Positions 29,414-38,090 are shown, numbered from the stretch's first letter. The stretch is DNA of 42,173 nt from an uncultured Candidatus Saccharibacteria bacterium (GCA_964575755.1 CAZNRH010000002.1:136351-178523), one strand, 5' to 3'. Translations and numbers: made by a program. The notes: generated from the letters alone by a model not told the origin.

Positions 29414-29448
29414 TCACTCAGAACATTCCAGTATATAAAAACAATTTT

Positions 29449-30144
29449 TTGGAGGATAAAATGGACGTTTCATTTCCATTAGATAAACACCAAGACATTA
29501 TTGCGAGAAGAATACCAGCCGAATTGTTTGAACTACAGGTAGCTCTTGCTATCGAACAAGGAGTACACATCATCTTTGGTATGGACGCTCAAGGGCTTAG
29601 TCAATCACTTGAACCCCTGCTTGAGATAGCCCAAGATATACCAAAAAGTGACCCTGGAAATATCTCGTGCTTACTAGTGTTTCCTTACGAGTGCATACCA
29701 AGAAAAACAAAACTTCAAAAACGCAAAGCCCTTGTGCAACAAATTAAATTTGCAGGTGAAAAAATTAAATTTGACGGCAACCCAGCACATAATTATATGA
29801 GATGGGTAAAGGATACTCAAGAAGTTCCGCAAACTACATATCTTGCCATTGACGTATCCCTTGGAGGAGACCTAGAAGGAATTAAGGACTGTAAGGAGGT
29901 TTTGAAAATACAAAACCGAAAGCCGTCTACTTTTGACGAAGGAATCGCTCTTCACCTCCTTTACGGGTCAGCAGCACCATGGGCAGGCATACGACTGGTC
30001 GGAACTAACTACGCTGACTATGGGTGGCCAGACATGTGCATAGAGAACTCGGCTCTTCTGGTAGATAACCACACTCCTGATATGTCTCAAGAATCCTTAT
30101 GGAACATGTGGGCACCGCACTGTTCTGATCGAATTGGTCTCTGA
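29449..30144 (+). CDS. Hypothetical protein (possibly DUF5701-like)
   Basis: 231-aa ORF with promoter and downstream hairpin; YLAIDVSLG...RKPSTFDEGIAL recalls DUF5701 from memory only. Confidence 0.55.
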   Translation: MEDKMDVSFPLDKHQDIIARRIPAELFELQVALAIEQGVHIIFGMDAQGLSQSLEPLLEIAQDIPKSDPGNISCLLVFPYECIPRKTKLQKRKALVQQIKFAGEKIKFDGNPAHNYMRWVKDTQEVPQTTYLAIDVSLGGDLEGIKDCKEVLKIQNRKPSTFDEGIALHLLYGSAAPWAGIRLVGTNYADYGWPDMCIENSALLVDNHTPDMSQESLWNMWAPHCSDRIGL

Positions 30145-30257
30145 AGATAACGTCTTATGTGTTGACGACCACAATCTTACAATGGCAGAACTTGAAAGTA
30201 TACAAAGCTTATACGTCCTCCATTATAAAGACCGAATCAGTTGCTAAGCAATAAAAC

Positions 30258-30292
30258 AATCTCCTCTGCAAGAGCACCTTGCAGAGGAGATT
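30258..30292 (+). terminator. Intrinsic terminator
   Basis: aatctcctctgcaag/cttgcagaggagatt followed by Ts. Confidence 0.65.
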
Positions 30293-30597
30293 TTATTCGT
30301 AGTATAAAAAAAGGCGACCGACGTGTGGCGGTTGCCCCTTAAGCACGTGAAGTTGGTCATTGTTCAAAACAACCACCACGTCTGAAATGCGTCAATTGTT
30401 CCAAAATGCCTTCAGGCGGTGTGTGTTCATCGCCCATCGCTTCAGAACTTTATCCGAAACAACACCTGTTTGAGACGGCTTTTTGTCTGAAGAGTTCGAC
30501 ATAGATTCGTATTCATCTACATTTAACATTGCACATCTCCATCCACATTTCACATACCTTTAGTATACTCGTCAATATTGACATTGGTAAAGAAAAG

Positions 30598-30689
30598 TTA
30601 TCCACTCCTCTTTTTTAAACTAAGTTGTGGAAAATATGAGGAAACCTTGTGTAAAAGACATGGAAAAGGTGTGTAAATACAGTGTATAA
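30598..30689. promoter_or_regulatory. 11-bp-phased array of DnaA-box-like 9-mers
   Basis: TTATCCACT at 30598, then 9-mers starting at 30626, 30637, 30648, 30659, 30670 and 30681. Confidence 0.55.
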
Positions 30690-30751
30690 CCTATACTACA
30701 AACGGCTCGTGAACGAGCCGTTTATTTTCAATCATTTTTAATTATGCTTGT

Positions 30752-31513
30752 TTATGTGCTCGAAATCCAATTTTCAACCTGTTTAACTGCCTCATCTGCA
30801 TATTTTCCCATAAGGATTCCTGGATGTGTTGCGCCTTTAATCTCAATCACCTCCTTACCATAGTACTCAGCCATAGCTTTAGCTGTTTTGATACCTATTC
30901 CAAACGGAACCGTCTCACCATTCTCACCTCCAACAAAAAGAGTTGCTTTTGGTAATGCATCATTTTCAATTGAGATTCCTGCTTTGCGTTCACTGCGAGC
31001 TACTCCCGACTCCATACCAAGTATTTCTTTCATTTTCATTACCATGTCTTGCTCCATGTCTGGAAGAGCCTTCATTATTTGCAATGGGTTGGTTGGCATT
31101 CCTGCATCCATTATGGAATATATGTCTGGGTATGTTTTTTCTTCACTACCGGAGATCTCTTTCGTTGGACTTGGATCAATCGCAACAATTGCCTTTGTTT
31201 CATGCAGAGCTCCATACATAAGCACCACAAGCCCTCCCATGCTATGCCCTATGACAATAGGGTTTTTGAGATTATTTTCTTCTACTACCTGGTGTACGTC
31301 TTCTACATAATTCTGCATGGTTACACCACTAAGCTCTCCCTCGCTCTTACCATGACCGCGCAAATCAAGTGCGTACACATCCCAACCTTTTTTAGATAAA
31401 TATGGTATGTACATACCCCACATCATTGAACTTCCCCATGAACCATGCACGAGCACAATTTCCTCATCGTGCGTTTTGTTTTCTGCTTTTGTTATATGTG
31501 TAAATATTTTCAT
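30752..31513 (-). CDS. Alpha/beta-fold hydrolase
   Basis: VLVHGSWG, DLRGHGKS and GHSMGG nucleophile elbow. Confidence 0.9.
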   Translation of the reverse strand: MKIFTHITKAENKTHDEEIVLVHGSWGSSMMWGMYIPYLSKKGWDVYALDLRGHGKSEGELSGVTMQNYVEDVHQVVEENNLKNPIVIGHSMGGLVVLMYGALHETKAIVAIDPSPTKEISGSEEKTYPDIYSIMDAGMPTNPLQIMKALPDMEQDMVMKMKEILGMESGVARSERKAGISIENDALPKATLFVGGENGETVPFGIGIKTAKAMAEYYGKEVIEIKGATHPGILMGKYADEAVKQVENWISST

Positions 31514-31568
31514 ATGCAGTTATTATACAATACTACATACATTCTGTGACACACTACCTACTGACATA

Positions 31569-31597
31569 TTGACAAATGTATCTCTGTATATTATTAT
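31569..31597 (+). promoter_or_regulatory. Sigma70-type promoter of the DEAD-box helicase gene
   Basis: TTGACA-17 bp-TATTAT. Confidence 0.6.
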
Positions 31598-31705
31598 ATA
31601 GACAAGCTTTTGATTCTCGTGTAGGGCTAAATTTTGCGATATTGATGCATTACAGTCACTCTTAGAATTACTTTCCTGCACCAATAAGCCCTAAAACACA
31701 AAAAA

Positions 31706-33010
31706 ATGAATACAGCAACAAAAAACCGACAAAGTCGGAGCTCTTCAAACTCGAGCAAACGACGTACTTTTTCGAATTATAAAACAGGTTCTAAGCCATT
31801 TAGAGGTAAATCTAGTGGTGGTTTTAGGCGTAGCCATAGCACATCTAGATTTAGTGGAAGTTCTTCTAGACGCGGTGGTGCACAACGAGGTGGAGGGCGG
31901 AAAATGCCTACCTTCAACCCATCACAGTTTATTAATACAAACCCTGCTGAATTAAAAGAAGAGGTTTATACACCAAAAAACTCATTTGAGACATTTGGGC
32001 TGGTTGATAAACTTAAACAATCAATCGCAAAACTAGGACTAAAAACCCCTACCCCAATACAAGATCAGATAATTCCAGAAATTCTTAATGGTAATGATGT
32101 AATTGGTCTTGCTGAGACAGGTACTGGTAAGACAGCGGCGTTTTTAATACCACTTATTGAAAATACTCTTAAGGATAAGAACAAACAAACTCTGATACTG
32201 GCTCCCACACGTGAGCTTGCGCTTCAGATCAGCGAAGAATTATATAGACTCTCACGAGGCTTTGGACTTTACTCCACAGTGTGTGTAGGTGGTATGAATA
32301 TAACCCCTCAGATACGATCTCTTCGTCGTGATAATAGTTTTATTATTGGCACACCAGGGCGAGTACTCGACCTTATTAAACGAAAATGTATAAAACCAGA
32401 AGGTATCACAACGGTTGTTCTCGACGAGGCAGACCGTATGCTCGATATGGGATTTATTAATGATATGCGGTCAATTTTATCTGATACACCTAAAGACAGG
32501 GAAACACTTCTATTTTCAGCAACAATGTCTAAAGAAGCAGATAAAATAGTTAATGATTTCCTTCAAAACCCTATAGTGATTTCTGTGAAGAAAAAAGATG
32601 TTACAAACAGCATTTCGCAAGATGTTGTTAGATATAAACATAGTGAGAAGTATGAAACTCTTGTTTCTTTACTTCAAAATGTAGAGTTCAAGCGTGTAAT
32701 AATTTTTGGTGCAATGAAACACAGTGTTGAAAAATTATCAAAACAACTCAACTCGGACAGGGTATCAGCAGAATCAATCCACGGCAATAAAGGACACAGC
32801 CAGCGACAGCGTGCATTGAAGAAATTTAAAAATGGAGAAGTGCGAGTATTAGTCGCAACAGACGTTGCTGCTCGTGGTATACATGTAGACAACGTAACTC
32901 ATGTAATTAATTACGACCTACCTACCACATTTGAAGACTATGTTCACCGGATAGGACGAACTGGGCGTAGCACAAAGAAGGGTAAAGCACTTACCTTTAT
33001 ATCAGCTTAA
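31706..33010 (+). CDS. DEAD-box RNA helicase
   Basis: Q motif, AETGTGKT, PTRELA, DEAD, SAT, ARGI and HRIGRTGR. Confidence 0.95.
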   Translation: MNTATKNRQSRSSSNSSKRRTFSNYKTGSKPFRGKSSGGFRRSHSTSRFSGSSSRRGGAQRGGGRKMPTFNPSQFINTNPAELKEEVYTPKNSFETFGLVDKLKQSIAKLGLKTPTPIQDQIIPEILNGNDVIGLAETGTGKTAAFLIPLIENTLKDKNKQTLILAPTRELALQISEELYRLSRGFGLYSTVCVGGMNITPQIRSLRRDNSFIIGTPGRVLDLIKRKCIKPEGITTVVLDEADRMLDMGFINDMRSILSDTPKDRETLLFSATMSKEADKIVNDFLQNPIVISVKKKDVTNSISQDVVRYKHSEKYETLVSLLQNVEFKRVIIFGAMKHSVEKLSKQLNSDRVSAESIHGNKGHSQRQRALKKFKNGEVRVLVATDVAARGIHVDNVTHVINYDLPTTFEDYVHRIGRTGRSTKKGKALTFISA

Positions 33011-33030
33011 ATTCTAAATATTACTAGTAG

Positions 33031-33066
33031 AAAATAAATAACCCACTTTAGTGGGTTATTTATTTT
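33031..33066. terminator. Bidirectional terminator
   Basis: aaaataaataacccac/gtgggttatttatttt between convergent genes. Confidence 0.7.
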
Positions 33067-33078
33067 CTTATACTTCGA

Positions 33079-33546
33079 CTACATCCAGTTTCGTAATCGA
33101 GGACAGTCTCTAAAGATAGATAGCTGTTTCAACCACTCTGAAAGCCCATACACAGAACCCGCATTAATAGATCCTAGATAAAGGAATACTAGGGAAAATA
33201 TTACATGTAAATTTACTATATACGTGTGCTCATCTGGGCGCGGAAACCCATGCGCAAAATAATACAACATCAACATAATTGCACCGAAATAAGAAGATAG
33301 TCTTACACCAACGCCAAATATAAATGAAAGGCCTATCATGATTGCTCCCCATTCGTTTAGGAAATCTATAAAAGGTAAGATTAACGGCGATAAAAACAAA
33401 TTAAAGAAACCTGAGAATTGTGCGCCACTCAAGAACCCAGCAGAAGTCCATTCTGGATTAAGCACTTTTGTAATTCCAGCCCAGAACATGTACCATCCCA
33501 AACCAACCCTTAAGAGAAAAATGAGTACTTCTTGTTTTTTGATCAT
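33079..33546 (-). CDS. DoxX/DoxD-family membrane protein
   Basis: LLRVGLGWYMFWAGITKV, IGLSFIFGVGVRL and AGSVYGL. Confidence 0.8.
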   Translation of the reverse strand: MIKKQEVLIFLLRVGLGWYMFWAGITKVLNPEWTSAGFLSGAQFSGFFNLFLSPLILPFIDFLNEWGAIMIGLSFIFGVGVRLSSYFGAIMLMLYYFAHGFPRPDEHTYIVNLHVIFSLVFLYLGSINAGSVYGLSEWLKQLSIFRDCPRLRNWM

Positions 33547-33608
33547 ATATTGTGTGTTAATTAAAAAATCTTACGAAAAACTATCGAGTATTTACTAGTT
33601 ACAGCTTC

Positions 33609-33974
33609 TTATTTATCGAGAGTGAATCTCGGGTATTCATCTCGAAGTCCAGTTATATATACAATAACTCGTGTTTGCCACCTTATAACACCAACAACAA
33701 ACAAGTGAACTTTTGGTGGATATACTCCTGTAAACAACACCATAACTTGTCCAAATATACCAGCTATAACTGCTGCAATTCTTAAAAACCAAAGTACGAT
33801 CAAGTGCGGGATCAAAAGAATAATCTTAGGAATGAGTAAAAGTAACGTGAGTCCAGCAAGGAGTCTGGATGACTTCTCTGGAATCGAAACAATAACCTGA
33901 ACTAGGCTATCTTCTACTTCACCGCTATTAATATATTCATTATTATTTTTTACTACATTTTCTTGTGTTTCCAT
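33609..33974 (-). CDS. DUF4389 domain protein
   Basis: LLIPHLIVL..VLFTGVYP..GVIRWQTRV..GLRDEYPRF. Confidence 0.8.
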   Translation of the reverse strand: METQENVVKNNNEYINSGEVEDSLVQVIVSIPEKSSRLLAGLTLLLLIPKIILLIPHLIVLWFLRIAAVIAGIFGQVMVLFTGVYPPKVHLFVVGVIRWQTRVIVYITGLRDEYPRFTLDK

Positions 33975-34008
33975 ATGTGTTAATTATATCAAAACTTAAG
34001 TGTAATTG

Positions 34009-34326
34009 TTATTTTATCTTCATAGAGTTTATGGTTTCTTGTTTAACGCCTTTGGGCGCGATTCCTTGCGAGGAATCGTCTTCTTTTCGGACATTGGCCT
34101 TGATTGGCAACATATAAGTTCCGTCTTTAACTGGAAACACTGACGTTTTCCATTTCGTATTCCCTACCCTCACATTTACTGGTATAGAGCCAAACCCTCT
34201 TCGTACTTTTCCATATTTTTCTTTAATTTCTTTTGACTCTTCTTTATCTACAGTTATAAAGTGCCACGGAATAACACCTGAATACACCCACACTTCTGTA
34301 TTCATTTTATACTGTTTTGATTTCAT
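34009..34326 (-). CDS. DUF1905 domain protein
   Basis: WHFITV, RRGFGSIPVNVRVGNTKWKTSVFP and YMLPIKANVRK; start MKSK at 34326. Confidence 0.8.
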   Translation of the reverse strand: MKSKQYKMNTEVWVYSGVIPWHFITVDKEESKEIKEKYGKVRRGFGSIPVNVRVGNTKWKTSVFPVKDGTYMLPIKANVRKEDDSSQGIAPKGVKQETINSMKIK

Positions 34327-34569
34327 ATTAAATGTGTATATTGTAACCCAAGATTTCATCAAAACCTTCTCGAAGAAAATACAATACACTAGAAACAAAA
34401 GACACCGCTTGCGCGGCGTTTCTTGTTTGCCCAGAGTGTCTATAAGTCATTTGCATGACTCGCTGACTTCTCTTTTATTTCTCTCTTGCGAAAGAAACTC
34501 AAGATCAATCATCAACTCTCTAGTCTTATGTAAAATGATACTCCAATAAGAAATTTGGGCAAATCTATT

Positions 34570-34612
34570 TGTGAATAATTCTGTGTATATGATGTGGATA
34601 GAGTGTGTATAA
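34570..34612. promoter_or_regulatory. Array of four DnaA-box-like 9-mers
   Basis: TGTGAATAA, TGTGTATAT, TGTGGATAG and TGTGTATAA spaced 12/11/11 bp; two fit TTATNCACA exactly. Confidence 0.6.
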
Positions 34613-34626
34613 ACCTCGAGGTTTGG

Positions 34627-36435
34627 TTACCCTCTCTTCTGCTTTACTCGTTCGTTTTCTTTGAGAAATTGTTTACGTAATCGCACTGATGTTGGTGTTA
34701 CTTCTAAATATTCGTCCCTCTGCATAAGTTCAAGACCTCCTTCTATAGTAACTGCTATGTGAGGTATTAATACGATTGCTTCTTCTGAACCGGCTGCGCG
34801 AATGTTTGTGAGCTGTTTTCCTTTTATTGGGTTTACTGCCATTTCTTCACCTTTTGATGTATTCCCTATAACCATACCTTCATATACCTCTGTAGCGTGT
34901 CCGATATACATAACTCCTCGTTCTTGGAGATTCCATAGTGCGAATGCGACAGCCTTACCTGTAACCATAGACACCATAGACCCTACTGCACGCTTCTTCA
35001 CTTCACCTGCAAAGGGTTTGAAGCCAAGCACCTGAGAGCATAAGATTCCTTCGCCTTTTGTATCAATAGTAAATTGTCCACGATATCCAAGAAGTCCACG
35101 AGTTGGTCCTTCAAAAATTAACCTAACTTGATTACCGTCTACAATCATATTCTGCATAACAAATGCTCGATTTGAGAGTTTCTCAATAACAACTCCTTGG
35201 AATTGCTCAGGTACATCAATGGTTACTTCTTCAAATGGTTCTTGCTTCTTACCGTTTTCATCCTCACGGATAATAACTTGTGGTTGAGATACCATAACCT
35301 CAAACCCTTCACGGCGCATATTCTCAAGCAAGATTGCAATGTGCATCTCACCACGTCCATACACCTTAAACGCTCCACCTTGATTAAAATCTACCTGTAA
35401 ACCTACGTTTATCTCAAGTTCTTTCTCGAGACGTTCTTTTATTTCACGGCTTGTTACATACTTCCCCTCTCTTCCTGCAAACGGTGATGAATTCGGCATA
35501 AATTCAAGACCTATTGTCGGCTCATCGACAGAAATGGCTGGCATGGGTTCTGTGCTTTCGTCTGTTGTAAGTGTTTCTCCTATGTTTATATCACTGAGTC
35601 CTGCAATAAGTACAACGTCTCCAGCAAAAGCTTCTTTTACTCCAACCTTCTCTAAACCATTAAATGTTGAGAGTTTAGTTATCTTTCCTTTTCGTGTAGC
35701 ACCTCCATCCTCTTTTATAAAAATAGTAGAGCCATCTGTGATCTTTCCTTTATAAATACGAGCTACTGCGAGACGTCCTGTGTAGTCGTCATACCCAAGG
35801 TTAAATACCTGTGCACTTAGTGCGTCTTCTTTTTTATATGGATCCGCCGCTGGGACTGTTTCAAGTATGATGTCTAATATTGGAGAAAGGTCTTTCATCT
35901 CATCTTCTAGTTTTTTCTTTGCTACGCCATCTCGTCCAACTGCATACACTACTTCAAAATCTGACTGCTCATCGTTTGCTCCAAGCTCTAAGAATAATTC
36001 GAGCACTTGTTCTTCTGTACGGTCTGGGTCTGCTGCTGGCTTATCTATCTTATTAATAACCACTATTGGTTTAAGTCCAAGCTCTAGTGATTTCTTAAGT
36101 ACAAAACGAGTTTGAGGCATTGGTCCTTCTTGGGCATCAACTACTAAAAGCACTGAGTCAATTGAACGAAGCACTCGCTCAACCTCTGAACCGAAATCTG
36201 CGTGACCAGGAGTATCTACAATATTAATCTTAGTACCTTTGTAAGGCACTGATGTGTTTTTTGAATAAATAGTAATACCTCGCTCTTGCTCTAGAGTGTT
36301 TGAGTCCATTGATACGTTTCCTTCCATAACGCCAGTCTGACGCATAAAAGCATCAGTAAGTGTTGTTTTACCGTGATCAACGTGAGCTATTATGGCTATG
36401 TTTCTGATTTCTTGTTGTTTTTCTTTGTTTTCCAT
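34627..36435 (-). CDS. typA: Translational GTPase TypA/BipA
   Basis: IRNIAIIAHVDHGKTTL, DTPGHADFGSEVER, GRGEMHIAILLENMRREG and EVTPTSVRLRK; start MENK at 36435. Confidence 0.96.
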   Translation of the reverse strand: MENKEKQQEIRNIAIIAHVDHGKTTLTDAFMRQTGVMEGNVSMDSNTLEQERGITIYSKNTSVPYKGTKINIVDTPGHADFGSEVERVLRSIDSVLLVVDAQEGPMPQTRFVLKKSLELGLKPIVVINKIDKPAADPDRTEEQVLELFLELGANDEQSDFEVVYAVGRDGVAKKKLEDEMKDLSPILDIILETVPAADPYKKEDALSAQVFNLGYDDYTGRLAVARIYKGKITDGSTIFIKEDGGATRKGKITKLSTFNGLEKVGVKEAFAGDVVLIAGLSDINIGETLTTDESTEPMPAISVDEPTIGLEFMPNSSPFAGREGKYVTSREIKERLEKELEINVGLQVDFNQGGAFKVYGRGEMHIAILLENMRREGFEVMVSQPQVIIREDENGKKQEPFEEVTIDVPEQFQGVVIEKLSNRAFVMQNMIVDGNQVRLIFEGPTRGLLGYRGQFTIDTKGEGILCSQVLGFKPFAGEVKKRAVGSMVSMVTGKAVAFALWNLQERGVMYIGHATEVYEGMVIGNTSKGEEMAVNPIKGKQLTNIRAAGSEEAIVLIPHIAVTIEGGLELMQRDEYLEVTPTSVRLRKQFLKENERVKQKRG

Positions 36436-36612
36436 AAAAAAAAGCGTACCTCTGCGCCGCACGCATTAATAGAATACGCTTTTAATTAGTTTAAGTCAAT
36501 TGTAAAAAAGGGGGTGTCCTCGAAGTGAACCTGAGCTCCGAAAAACACGACCTGCGTCGTGTCTTTTGAACTCAAATTCAGCTGACTGTCTGGGACAACG
36601 TTAGAACTTTTA

Positions 36613-37167
36613 TTAAATTAACTTATCTATCTTCCTAAATATATCTAGAACTTCCTCACTAAGTATACTTGGTATAAATCTAGCCTTATCCTCTTTCGAG
36701 ATACCCAAAACAGTATCTATAGGCCAAGCTTCAAATCCTAATGATTTACCATTCTCTACAACGAGTTCAGAAATATTTTCATCAAATCTATATGCAAAAA
36801 TTTCTCTCAATGCATGATTAGTCATACCAGTGACTTCATCAAAATTTTTAGTCTTAGTTGTGGTTATGTGCACAACATCTGACTCCTTAACATTCAAACC
36901 TGATTCTTCTTCAAGTTCTTTTACTGCTGTTTCTCTAAATGAATCTCCAATCTCAACATGTCCACCAACAGAAGCGTCTAATAAATCTGGAAATGTATCT
37001 TTGTTTTTTGCTCTGTGTTGAAAAACAATCTCTCTGTTTGGAGTGTATAACCAAACATGAACTTCACGATGGAGTAGTCCGCCTTTATGGATTTTCTCAC
37101 GAGACTCCTCACCAATAATCTATCCTTTTTCATTAACAATATTTAATATCTCTCCATCTTTTTCCAT
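36613..37167 (-). pseudogene. Nudix/IDI-1-like hydrolase gene with one in-frame TAG at codon 16
   Basis: MEKDGEILNIVNEKG*IIGEESREKIHKGGLLHREVHVW...SVGGHVEIGDSFRETAVKELEEESGL continues in frame into the 36613-36897 ORF. Confidence 0.8.
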
Positions 37168-37195
37168 AACAAAATTATACCCTAAAACCCACTAG

Positions 37196-37266
37196 CTGCC
37201 GGACTAGGACTCGAACCTAGATGACAAGCGCCAGAAGCTTGCATCCTACCATTAGATGATCCGGCA
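37196..37266 (-). tRNA. tRNA-Gln(CTG)
   Basis: TGCCGGATCATCTAATGGTAGGATG-CAAGC-TTCTGGC-GCTTG-TCATCTAGGTTCGAGTCCTAGTCCGGCAG. Confidence 0.93.
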
Positions 37267-37281
37267 ATACTAAATACAATA

Positions 37282-37980
37282 CTAATATATCCTAAACTGT
37301 AATAATTTCATAGCTTTTGCCACTTCTGCTTTCCTAGATATTTGAACATTATATTTTGTCATATGTGGATGTAAACCAAGTCTCTTAAGAAGATTATAAA
37401 CGACATTTAGTAAAGACTGATTCATGTTAGTAAATATAAACTTATGTGTATATGTAGGCTCGTGTACGCAGTAACAGCCATCTGATTCGTATAATCCACG
37501 TAAATACCGACAAATATACTTCTCTTTCGTTAAAATCCATTTTGGAACAACGATTTTCAAATCTCGTTTCGACCCAGTTGGTATATTCAAGCGCTTACTA
37601 ATTTTTTTTTGATAAATTGTAATGTTATATGCATTTGCATCTTTCCTTTTTGCTACACTAGGCTTCTTTTTAAATACTAACTCTACTATCTTTGCATAAC
37701 GATTAACATACCCTGGGTTATTAGAGTTGCCTACAATACGTAAAGCTTCTGTTCTTGGAAATTTACAAATATTTCCATCTCCCAATATCACTCCAAGTAG
37801 TTCAGCTAAATTGCCGTCTTTTTTAAAAGAAGGGTAAGTAGATTTTATTTTTCCTTCTTGTTTCATTTCCTCTCTCCACGCAAAGAAATTATCTATACTT
37901 CTATTTCGCATAGTTTCAGATATTTTCCGAACAGACACGTCTGTTTCTTTCGTAAGTCCTTTATTCCAAACTTTTTTCAT
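37282..37980 (-). CDS. Free-standing double-motif LAGLIDADG homing endonuclease-like protein
   Basis: LAELLGVILGDG and YLRGLYESDG motifs, KIVVPKWI linker, N-terminal VWNKGLTKET; no intein splice residues; start MKKVW at 37980. Confidence 0.8.
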   Translation of the reverse strand: MKKVWNKGLTKETDVSVRKISETMRNRSIDNFFAWREEMKQEGKIKSTYPSFKKDGNLAELLGVILGDGNICKFPRTEALRIVGNSNNPGYVNRYAKIVELVFKKKPSVAKRKDANAYNITIYQKKISKRLNIPTGSKRDLKIVVPKWILTKEKYICRYLRGLYESDGCYCVHEPTYTHKFIFTNMNQSLLNVVYNLLKRLGLHPHMTKYNVQISRKAEVAKAMKLLQFRIY

Positions 37981-38001
37981 TATACTTATTATATCACACA
38001 T

Positions 38002-38037
38002 CCAGATAGAATATGCCTACCGTTAGACTAATCAGTA
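38002..38037 (-). pseudogene. Decayed 5' half of a tRNA-Gln
   Basis: TACTGATTAGTCTAACGGTAGG-9nt-TCTGG aligns ungapped to tRNA TGCCGGATCATCTAATGGTAGG-9nt-TCTGG (20/36 identical). Confidence 0.5.
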
Positions 38038-38090
38038 AAAGAAAAACGACCTGTGAAGTCGATTTTCTGAAACATTACATACTTTTTGAA

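Noticed and set aside
30598-30689. Calling the DnaA-box array the replication origin
   Set aside because: No dnaA/dnaN context, no clear unwinding element, and a second similar array lies 4 kb away
37120-37122. Genome-wide stop codon reassignment
   Set aside because: TAG ends lepA, murJ, lemA and rnj, and TGA ends groEL, at the expected positions
37267-38001. LAGLIDADG ORF as part of a group I tRNA intron or an intein
   Set aside because: The downstream tRNA is complete by itself, flanks of 15-21 nt leave no room for a ribozyme core, and no splice residues or host protein are present
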